Below, one piece after another: positions 7,721-15,244 of a DNA stretch of 21,558 bases. The stretch is from an uncultured archaeon (GTDB lineage Archaea > Asgardarchaeota > Lokiarchaeia > Sigyniarchaeales > SOKP01). Both the position numbers and the translations under genes were made by a program. The number at the start of each line of letters is the position of its first letter. The first letter of the stretch is position 1. The notes beneath the pieces are model-generated. The model did no database searches, was not told the origin of the DNA, and saw nothing but the letters and a program-made list of their open reading frames with translations. Location: NCBI GenBank assembly GCA_964493715.1, contig CAZBPC010000058.1, positions 1 through 21,558 of the forward strand. Direction: 5' to 3'.

Positions 7721-8665
7721 TTGAAGGATAGTGAATTATTAGCAAAAATCAGCATGTTAAAGAAAAAGAAAGATGTGACAATATTAGCTCATTATTATCA
7801 ATCCATTGAGATACAAAATATTGCTGATTATATTGGAGATTCTTTAGGGCTATCTCGAATTGCTAAAGATAAAACAGATACTAAATACATTGTTTTTGCT
7901 GGTGTTGATTTTATGGCAGAAACTGCATCGATTCTAAACCAAGATAAACACGTTTTGCTTCCAAATCCAGAATCTTGTTGCCCGATGGCTGCATATCTTT
8001 CTGCAGAAATGGTCAGAGAATACAAAAAATCTCATCCCGGTTTGCCCGTAGTTACTTATGTTAACAGCACGGCGGAGGTGAAAGCAGAATCTGATATATG
8101 TTGTACATCATCGAATGCTGTAAGAGTTGTAAAAAGTATTGCGAAAGAATTTGATGTAAATTCTGTTCTCTTTGGACCAGATAGCAATCTTGCAGATTAT
8201 GCCGAACAAAAATCAAATATTAAGTGTATTAAGATGCCCGAAAACGGTCATTGCTACGTTCATTCTCAAATTACCGTGGATGATTTAAAATTATCAAGGG
8301 ATTTAAATAAAGGAGCATTGGTTTTGGTACATCCTGAATGCGTTAGAGAAGTTCGAGATTTAGCGGATTTTGTAGGATCCACGGCTCAAATGTATAATCG
8401 CTCTAAAAATTCGAAAAGTGAAGAAGATAAATTTATTATCGGAACAGAAGATGGTTTAATTAAAAGATTGGCTGAAGATTTTCCAGATAAACACTTCTAT
8501 CCCATAAGAGATAAATTAATTTGTTACAACATGAAAAAGCATACTTTAGAGCTTATAAAATATGTTCTTGAGAACTTAGATGATCCCATGTTTGAAGTAA
8601 AAGTGCATTCTGAAATCGCTGAAAAAGCAATCCTTCCTTTAGAAAAGATGCTCCAGATTTCATAG
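7721..8665 (+). CDS. nadA: Quinolinate synthase A
   Basis: ILAHYYQ, GDSLGLS, FMAETA, CPMA, TYVNS, CTSSNA, FGPD, CYVH, HPEC, GST, IGTE and CYNMK signature motifs. Confidence 0.96.
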   Translation: MKDSELLAKISMLKKKKDVTILAHYYQSIEIQNIADYIGDSLGLSRIAKDKTDTKYIVFAGVDFMAETASILNQDKHVLLPNPESCCPMAAYLSAEMVREYKKSHPGLPVVTYVNSTAEVKAESDICCTSSNAVRVVKSIAKEFDVNSVLFGPDSNLADYAEQKSNIKCIKMPENGHCYVHSQITVDDLKLSRDLNKGALVLVHPECVREVRDLADFVGSTAQMYNRSKNSKSEEDKFIIGTEDGLIKRLAEDFPDKHFYPIRDKLICYNMKKHTLELIKYVLENLDDPMFEVKVHSEIAEKAILPLEKMLQIS

Positions 8666-8672
8666 CATATTA

Positions 8673-10217
8673 TTATAAAAAATCAGTGATTTTTTTTTGC
8701 TTTTTATTATCCATCCATTTTAAAAAATCATAGGTTAATTTACCGCTCCAAATGCTCTTTTTTTTAGTTAATTCTTCAAAAAGATAAAGATCCTCATATG
8801 TTATATTATTAAATTTCTTAAGATCTTTCATTTTCAATAACCAAATAACGAAATGTTTATAACATTGGTTCCCTGATTTCGATTTTCTGTTAAAATGGCT
8901 TTCATAATATTCAATATCCTCAAGTGTATAATTGGAGTAAAATCTATAATTCTGGTTCATCCAAAAGTAACGTGACGTTGAATCTGAGAACTTTTTTAAA
9001 TTACAGTTCAAAAGGCTTACGGAATTTAATGCAGGCAAGCTATTCAGCCATTCTGGTAATTCTTTTAACTCCCGGTTTCCTGAAAGGTCTAATGATTCAA
9101 GAAAAGGTAATGAGATCATACTTTCTATTTTAGAAATTGAATTATTCCGAAGGGAAAGATGCTGGAGTGCCTTTAGATGGCTTAATAAATCAATGTTGTA
9201 TATTTTATTATTATTTAATTTCAATCTTCGAACATTACAAAATTTTTCAATTCCATCCAATTCATTAATTAAATTATTACTTAAATCAATTTCCTCGATT
9301 TTTAAGTATTCATCTTCAGGCAATTTAATATCATTAATATGCTTTACGCCGTTTTCTCGCAGATTTAGAATGTTTCCCTTTAAAAAACCAATTATCTTAT
9401 CATCATATATGATTGAATTTAAGTCAAGCTCTTTAAAAAATTCAATATGGTTATTTAGATATTCGATTAAAGGAAAATCTTTTTGATTTCTAAAATTAGA
9501 ATAAATTAATTTAACGAGCACCTCCTTACTTTTATCAGAAAAATCTTTATTTAGATGAGAAATAATAAAAGGAATATTCTGATATCCGATATTTTTTGAT
9601 GCTTCTCTAATCAACCTTATTAAACGAACATTTACAGAATCAGTTTCTAAAACCATCGTTATATCATTAGATAATCTTGCCAATGTGCTTATGATTGGAA
9701 GTTTATTATCATCCAATAAATATTCTAACTCATCTCGACTTAAATACTTCAAATATCCATTATCTGCCAAAAATGTCATTACAGTTTCATGACCACTTGA
9801 ATATCTCAATGCGATTTCTTCTTTAATCCGATTTTTAGCTAAAGGATCACCAACGTCAGATAACCGTTTCAAAAGAGGAAATGCTAAATTACGGTGCAAT
9901 ATTCTTGTGTCATAGTCATTTTCTGCCCAAGCTTGCATATTAGAACAATGTCCCATAAACTCTTCCTCAGGATCTATTTGATATATCCCCCTACCACCAC
10001 CCTCCATAGATCTATTCAAATTTTCTGCCGCTTCATCGATTGAATCGATATCATCATATTTTCTTACTTGATCCTCGGGAATATTTAATAAAAGGTACAT
10101 GCATTGTGTAAAAATTTGATTCTTTACATAAATATTGGTTCTATCACCTTCGAGTCTTAGTTTAATGAAATCATTAATCTTGAATTCTTTGAAGGGATAG
10201 CGTGAATTGGCAACCAT
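8673..10217 (-). CDS. Leucine-rich repeat protein with a Lokiarchaeia-type N-terminal domain
   Basis: LRRs LNLRENGV, IDLSNNLI, LKLNNNKI, LSLRNNSI, LDLSGN and VSLLNCNL. The N-terminal block EFKIN..I.LRLE...IYV...EEEF.GHCSN.QAWAEN.YDTR.LH.NLAFPLLK.L...GD matches a domain I recall as expanded in Lokiarchaeia. Confidence 0.88.
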   Translation of the reverse strand: MVANSRYPFKEFKINDFIKLRLEGDRTNIYVKNQIFTQCMYLLLNIPEDQVRKYDDIDSIDEAAENLNRSMEGGGRGIYQIDPEEEFMGHCSNMQAWAENDYDTRILHRNLAFPLLKRLSDVGDPLAKNRIKEEIALRYSSGHETVMTFLADNGYLKYLSRDELEYLLDDNKLPIISTLARLSNDITMVLETDSVNVRLIRLIREASKNIGYQNIPFIISHLNKDFSDKSKEVLVKLIYSNFRNQKDFPLIEYLNNHIEFFKELDLNSIIYDDKIIGFLKGNILNLRENGVKHINDIKLPEDEYLKIEEIDLSNNLINELDGIEKFCNVRRLKLNNNKIYNIDLLSHLKALQHLSLRNNSISKIESMISLPFLESLDLSGNRELKELPEWLNSLPALNSVSLLNCNLKKFSDSTSRYFWMNQNYRFYSNYTLEDIEYYESHFNRKSKSGNQCYKHFVIWLLKMKDLKKFNNITYEDLYLFEELTKKKSIWSGKLTYDFLKWMDNKKQKKITDFL

Positions 10218-10304
10218 TTTAGATATGAATTTAGTTTTTGTTGAAATGGATTTATAATCGTAAATTTTTCTTTACAATTTTATTTAAATTCCACCAAAAA
10301 AAGA

Positions 10305-11627
10305 TCATGTTCTTAAACTTCTACCACACTGGGGACATTCTCCCCATCCTATCTTTACTCGATAAGTACACTCTGGATTTGGGCACTCTATTTCTTCCTC
10401 TTCTAAAAGATTTTTATTTCTATATTCTACACTTATTTCACTAGCTCTATTAATATCTTTAGTCAACTTAATCGCATCAAAACTTATCCCACATCTCGGA
10501 CAAGAGTTTGTAATATCTTTTTTCCAAATAGCTTTACCACAACTACTGCAAAATCCCTTAATATCCCCCAAGAGATTATCCAAGAGAGAATCTTCTGATC
10601 CTGCGATAGAAACCAAGTTTAAATCCTCATAACGCTTAGATCCTTCAATTATGTTAATTACTGAGAGAGTTCCCCCTTTTGGTTTTGATAATTTTGTGGA
10701 TAAGAGTGACATATCCCACAATGAGGTTTTGGGAACACCTAGATCCAATGCTAACTTAATAATCATTTTCTCAATTAAAATTTCGTAAGGTTCTTTTATT
10801 GCATCCCAAATGTATTCTTGTTTAATCAATTCACCCGAAATCTCCTCTGAGACCCTATCTAAATCTAAATTCATAGCTTTTTTTTTTAAATCTAAATTGA
10901 TTCTAACAATCTCGGTAATCACTTTATCTTTAATCAATTGTAATGTAATTTTACCCAAAATATCTTCCCCATGAAAAAAGAAAATATCATCTCCTCTACT
11001 AAACATGTAAAAACCCAGCTTACTTGACATTATCTTATCTATATGATAGTCTATCTTGATTTTTTTTACATTATAGTGCTTACAAAATTCCTTAATTTCA
11101 AATTTAAAATCTCGCGTAAGCACGGAATTAAGATAAATATAAAAAAGTGAGAGATAAAGGTCATTATTTTGCTCTAGATCGAAATAGTAATCACCAATAT
11201 TCATGATCATTTTTATGATTTGGTTGATGATAGAATCAGCTACTCCAATACTTATATAAAAATTAACTAAATCCGTTAATCTTGTAATTATTCCACTAGC
11301 TTCATTAAAAAAGATTAATTCTTTATTCTGATATAGTTCATATCCTAATTTTTCGATACCTAGTTCAGTAATAAAATATCTTGTTTCTTGTATATTCTGT
11401 GAATGGTTTGTGTACATTCGTTTTTCAACATTATTTTGATTCATATGATATTGTAAGTATTTAGAAACTGTAGATCTACTTAATCCAGAGTTTTCAATAA
11501 CAGTTGTAAATCTTTGTGGTCCTAAGTTACGTAATATATATAGAATACGCATATCTTTTCTGCTAATTTTTCCAGCTTCAACTAATATTTGACCAATTGA
11601 ACGGGAAGAAATTGGAAAAACACTCAT
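10305..11627 (-). CDS. Putative transcriptional regulator: N-terminal winged HTH and two C-terminal zinc ribbons
   Basis: wHTH pattern ILYILRNLGPQRFTTVIENSGLSRSTVSKYL...VEK...YFITELG. C-terminal CSSC/CPRC and CPNPEC/CPQC pairs. Confidence 0.78.
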   Translation of the reverse strand: MSVFPISSRSIGQILVEAGKISRKDMRILYILRNLGPQRFTTVIENSGLSRSTVSKYLQYHMNQNNVEKRMYTNHSQNIQETRYFITELGIEKLGYELYQNKELIFFNEASGIITRLTDLVNFYISIGVADSIINQIIKMIMNIGDYYFDLEQNNDLYLSLFYIYLNSVLTRDFKFEIKEFCKHYNVKKIKIDYHIDKIMSSKLGFYMFSRGDDIFFFHGEDILGKITLQLIKDKVITEIVRINLDLKKKAMNLDLDRVSEEISGELIKQEYIWDAIKEPYEILIEKMIIKLALDLGVPKTSLWDMSLLSTKLSKPKGGTLSVINIIEGSKRYEDLNLVSIAGSEDSLLDNLLGDIKGFCSSCGKAIWKKDITNSCPRCGISFDAIKLTKDINRASEISVEYRNKNLLEEEEIECPNPECTYRVKIGWGECPQCGRSLRT

Positions 11628-11671
11628 AAAGATCTAAAAAAACTTTAAACATATATACTTTTGCTTATACT

Positions 11672-11695
11672 CATACTTAGTATCATAATTAGTAT
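11672..11695. promoter_or_regulatory. Tandem quasi-palindromic 12-mers, candidate operator
   Basis: CATACTTAGTAT followed directly by CATAATTAGTAT (one mismatch). The first copy contains the ATACT-T-AGTAT dyad. The site lies in the divergent intergenic region. Confidence 0.4.
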
Positions 11696-11781
11696 AAAAA
11701 ATAACCAAAGACCTTAAAAAAAAATTATCTATTATCTTTGTAATAGTAAATTTAAATGTTTCAAAAAAAAAAGTGAAAATT

Positions 11782-12036
11782 ATGTCCCAATACAGATTTA
11801 GGCTTACTGGAGTTCCTCCTGATCAGGCAATCAAGTTAATTGAAGTCGATCCAAATCAAAACATCGCAGATATTAAGAAAAATGTGCAAAGAGAGTATAA
11901 ATTAAATCCAATTTTAGCAATCCAATTTATATTCAAGGGAAAAGTCTTACCTGATCAATTGAAATTCGCCAAGATTGGTATTCATCCGAAGAAAGATGTT
12001 ATAACCGTAATGGCTACCCAAGCTGGTGGATTTTAG
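11782..12036 (+). CDS. Ubiquitin-like (beta-grasp) protein with C-terminal GG-F
   Basis: 84 aa from the ATG at 11782. IEVDPNQNIADIKKNV resembles ubiquitin LEVEPSDTIENVKAKI, and FIFKGKVLPD resembles LIFAGKQLED. The protein ends QAGGF-stop. Confidence 0.85.
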   Translation: MSQYRFRLTGVPPDQAIKLIEVDPNQNIADIKKNVQREYKLNPILAIQFIFKGKVLPDQLKFAKIGIHPKKDVITVMATQAGGF

Positions 12037-12184
12037 AAAAACTTGACAAATATTTATTAATTCTTTATTTTTATCTTTCTATATTTTGATGGTTAAACTA
12101 ACTTCATTCAATTTCTCTCACATTAGATATACTTTTAACAATAATTGTCTTTAATTAACATAAATAATATACAATGAAAAAAAT

Positions 12185-12748
12185 ATGACTAAGAATAAAA
12201 TTAGAAATGGATTGTATCTTTATCCAATGCCAATAACAATTGTTGGAGCAAATATTGAAAGTAAGGCAAATTTTATGCCTATTGCATGGGTTCAGATTTT
12301 AGAGCATCATCCGCCGATGATCCAGATTTCAGCTTCTAAATCGCATTATACAAACAAAGGAATCAAGGAGAATGAAACATTTAGTGTAAATATTCCCTCT
12401 GAAGATATGGTGGAGATTACAGATTACTGTGGACTTAATTCTGGAATAGATATTAATAAGTCTGAATTATTTCAAGTCTTTTATGGGGATCTAAAGACCG
12501 CGCCAATGATAATGGAAGCACCTATAAATTTAGAATGTAAACTGATTAAGAACGTTGATTTAGGATTTGGTCATGATATTTTTATTGGTGAAATTACTGG
12601 AGCTTATGCGGAGGAAAAATATCTTACTAATGGAATCCCTGATATAAAAAAATTCAAACCTTTGGTTTTTACCATGAATGACAATAATTATTGGAAGATT
12701 GGAGACCATATTGGGAGAGCGTGGAGCATTGGTAAAAATTTCAAGTAA
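12185..12748 (+). CDS. Flavin reductase-like FMN-binding split-barrel protein (flavoredoxin-like)
   Basis: LYPMPITIVGA, ANFMPIAW, HYTNKGI, FSVNIPS, APMIMEAPINLEC and HDIFIGEI motifs. Confidence 0.92.
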   Translation: MTKNKIRNGLYLYPMPITIVGANIESKANFMPIAWVQILEHHPPMIQISASKSHYTNKGIKENETFSVNIPSEDMVEITDYCGLNSGIDINKSELFQVFYGDLKTAPMIMEAPINLECKLIKNVDLGFGHDIFIGEITGAYAEEKYLTNGIPDIKKFKPLVFTMNDNNYWKIGDHIGRAWSIGKNFK

Positions 12749-12783
12749 AAATATTTTTTAACTCAAAAATATTGAATATTATT

Positions 12784-14007
12784 ATGTCTAATAAAACTAA
12801 AGTGGCAATACAGAAGATAGATTCTGAAAACGTCGAAAGCGCAGTTTTTCATGCCCTTGAGCTTATTAATGCTCAATCTCTTATGAAGGAGGGAAAGACC
12901 ATTCTGTTAAAACCAAATATTTTAGGAGCTAAACCACCTGAACGTGCAGTAACCACACATCCTAAAGTGGTTGAAGCTGTTATCCATTGGGTAAAACAAT
13001 TTAATCCAAATAAGGTATTTGTATGCGATTCAGCTGGGACTCAAAAGCCAGGAACAACGGAAATTGCAATGAAGGTAAGTGAAATAAAAGCTTTATGTGA
13101 TAAAGAAGGGGTTGAATGCATTCCCTTTGAAAAAACGGAGCGTAAAATCTATAAAGTTCCAGATCCTTTAGAACTTGACGAAATTACTAGCTCTACACTT
13201 TTAGAAGAAGCAGACATAATAATTAATCTTCCAAAAATAAAAACTCATGGTCAATGTCTACTCACTTGTTGCATTAAAAATATGTTTGGAACTGTTTTAT
13301 TAGGAAATAAGGCAAAAACCCATGCTCAAGCAGCGATCCTTGACCATTTTTCAGCGGCATTAGCAGACATTTATTCTGTATCTAAACCTCATTTGACGGT
13401 AATTGATGGATATCTATGCCAAGAAGGGCAAGGTCCATCAGCGGGAGATGTGGTCAAGATGGATTTAATCTTAGCGGGATATGATCCCGTTGCCTTGGAT
13501 TCAATCGCTTGTAAAATTGTTGGATTTAATCCAGAAGACGTAGTCCATTTAAGAAAAGCAGTAGAAAAAAAACTAGGCACGATGAATTTGGAAGAGATTG
13601 AAGTATTGGGATCCCAAGTGAAAGAGGTATTTCGAAAATTCAAAAAACCCAAGATCAGACCCATATCTGCTCCTTTACCTCGCTGGTTAGCAAATTATAT
13701 TGGAAAAACTATTTTTAAAGCAACAGTTAAATTCAATCCGAATAAATGCAAGTTATGTGCTACGTGCTGGGAAAATTGTCCTGCAGATGCTATTACTCCT
13801 CCAACCGAAATTAAGAAAGGAAATATTCCAAAATGGAATAAGAAAAAATGCATAACTTGTTATTGCTGTGTGGAATTATGTCCTCATGAAGCTGTGAACT
13901 TTAAGATAAATTATGCAAAGAATGTAATTTTTTCATGGTTCCCTGTTGTATTAATAGGTATAGTAGCAATTTTGATTTTGCTCTTTACGTGGATCTCAGC
14001 TTTATAA
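12784..14007 (+). CDS. DUF362 domain protein with a 2x[4Fe-4S] ferredoxin domain and a C-terminal TM anchor
   Basis: LLKPN, VTTHP, INLPKIKTH, IKNMFG, GQGPSAG and DPVALD motifs. CKLCATCWENCP and CITCYCCVELCP clusters. Hydrophobic tail WFPVVLIGIVAILILLFTWISAL. ATG at 12784 is preferred. Confidence 0.88.
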   Translation: MSNKTKVAIQKIDSENVESAVFHALELINAQSLMKEGKTILLKPNILGAKPPERAVTTHPKVVEAVIHWVKQFNPNKVFVCDSAGTQKPGTTEIAMKVSEIKALCDKEGVECIPFEKTERKIYKVPDPLELDEITSSTLLEEADIIINLPKIKTHGQCLLTCCIKNMFGTVLLGNKAKTHAQAAILDHFSAALADIYSVSKPHLTVIDGYLCQEGQGPSAGDVVKMDLILAGYDPVALDSIACKIVGFNPEDVVHLRKAVEKKLGTMNLEEIEVLGSQVKEVFRKFKKPKIRPISAPLPRWLANYIGKTIFKATVKFNPNKCKLCATCWENCPADAITPPTEIKKGNIPKWNKKKCITCYCCVELCPHEAVNFKINYAKNVIFSWFPVVLIGIVAILILLFTWISAL

Positions 14008-14170
14008 GCAAAAATAAAGGTGAGAAATTTATAGATGGAAAGATGAATCAATAAAAACCTAATTTGGTTTTTTCGATCCTTATTTTTTTCTTATTTTTAA
14101 CAATTTATTAACAGATTGAAATATTTCTTCATTTAATAGATTACAAAAACGAGCAAAAGAGCCTTTTTTT

Positions 14171-15121
14171 ATGAAAAATAAGTTTTTAGAAAAGCAGATG
14201 CGTAAAAGAGTCTTCAAATCAATAGAAGATTATGTGGCGGATGGTCAAGAAACGATTAAACCATTACCAGAATCCCCAGAATTTGGATTTTTTACATGGT
14301 TTAGAATTTTTCGGGAAAAAAATATTGAAGTTAAAGCTAAGATGGCGTTTGGGGCTTTACCTTATGCCCTTAGGTCTATAATAGGTATTGGAAAATCCTA
14401 TAAAAGTCTTAAGAAAAATCCAAAAAACCCATTAACTACTATTACTCCAAAAGATTTACAAGAATTAGAAGAATATGCAAAGTTGATTGGTGTAGATAAA
14501 ATAGGGTACACGAAGCTTACGCCCGAACTTATTCTTGAAAGCCAAGAACTTCTCTATGATAATATGATTGTATTTATAAAAGAAATGGATAAGGATCTCA
14601 TAGCGCTAGCTCCTCACAAAAAGACAATGGTAATGATCCATAAAACATATTATCAGATGGGAAAGCAAGCTAATAAGATCGCTAAATTTTTACGTAAGAA
14701 AGGATATAGTGTCCAGGCGGGACCTGCTCTTGGAGGTTTATCAATTTATCCAGTACTTGCTCAACGAGCAGATCTAGGTGCAATCGGACGGCACGGATTA
14801 TTAATTACGCCCGAGTTTGGACCTAGACAACGTATTGCTGTGATTTATACAAATATCACTAATCTCCCCATCGCCAAATCAAATTCTTATGAGTGGATCT
14901 CCAAATTTTGCCAAAATTGCGTGAGTTGCATGAAAACTTGTCCCACAGGAGCTATCTATGATATACCTATTCAAAAAGCTCATGGAAGATTAACACATAT
15001 CGACGTGGAAAAATGTGCAATAGGTTTTTTAAAATATGGGTGCAGTATTTGTATAAAGGAATGTACATTTAATAAGAATCCACCTGAAAAAATGAAGAAG
15101 TTCGCTGAAAAGGAAATATAG
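14171..15121 (+). CDS. Reductive dehalogenase / epoxyqueuosine reductase (RdhA/QueG)-like Fe-S protein
   Basis: AKLIGVDKIGYT, IAKFLRKKGY, LGAIGRHGLLITPEFGPRQRIAVIYTN, FCQNCVSCMKTCPTGAI and C...GCSICIKECTF, the typical architecture of this cobalamin/Fe-S family. Confidence 0.8.
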   Translation: MKNKFLEKQMRKRVFKSIEDYVADGQETIKPLPESPEFGFFTWFRIFREKNIEVKAKMAFGALPYALRSIIGIGKSYKSLKKNPKNPLTTITPKDLQELEEYAKLIGVDKIGYTKLTPELILESQELLYDNMIVFIKEMDKDLIALAPHKKTMVMIHKTYYQMGKQANKIAKFLRKKGYSVQAGPALGGLSIYPVLAQRADLGAIGRHGLLITPEFGPRQRIAVIYTNITNLPIAKSNSYEWISKFCQNCVSCMKTCPTGAIYDIPIQKAHGRLTHIDVEKCAIGFLKYGCSICIKECTFNKNPPEKMKKFAEKEI

Positions 15122-15244
15122 CAATATAACAATACTGCCCTATGAATACGTTGTTAAAAAGGGAGAGATATTTTTTATCTAACCAGAAACTCTTTTATTA
15201 GGTTCTTTTTATCTATATTTAAATTAATAAAAAATTTGAGAAAA

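Noticed and set aside
8924-10444. Plus-strand ORFs 8924..9133, 9193..9486 and 10238..10444
   Set aside because: Shadows of the LRR and wHTH genes. Their F/L/I/S-rich composition is what antisense AT-rich DNA produces.
3809-12036. Treating the E1-like gene and the ubiquitin-like gene as one conjugation operon
   Set aside because: They are about 7 kb apart with unrelated genes between them, there is no E2, E3 or JAMM gene in the window, and the E1 lacks the thioester Cys.
14017-14072. RBS-like AAGGTGA followed by ATG GAA AGA TGA, and a small hairpin AAAAACC-TAATTT-GGTTTTT (14053-14072)
   Set aside because: The ORF is only three codons and the hairpin is weak and AT-rich. It could be a gene relic or terminator but cannot be distinguished from chance.
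14171-15121. Assigning the symbol queG or rdhA
   Set aside because: The motifs are shared by both families and the sequence alone cannot separate them.
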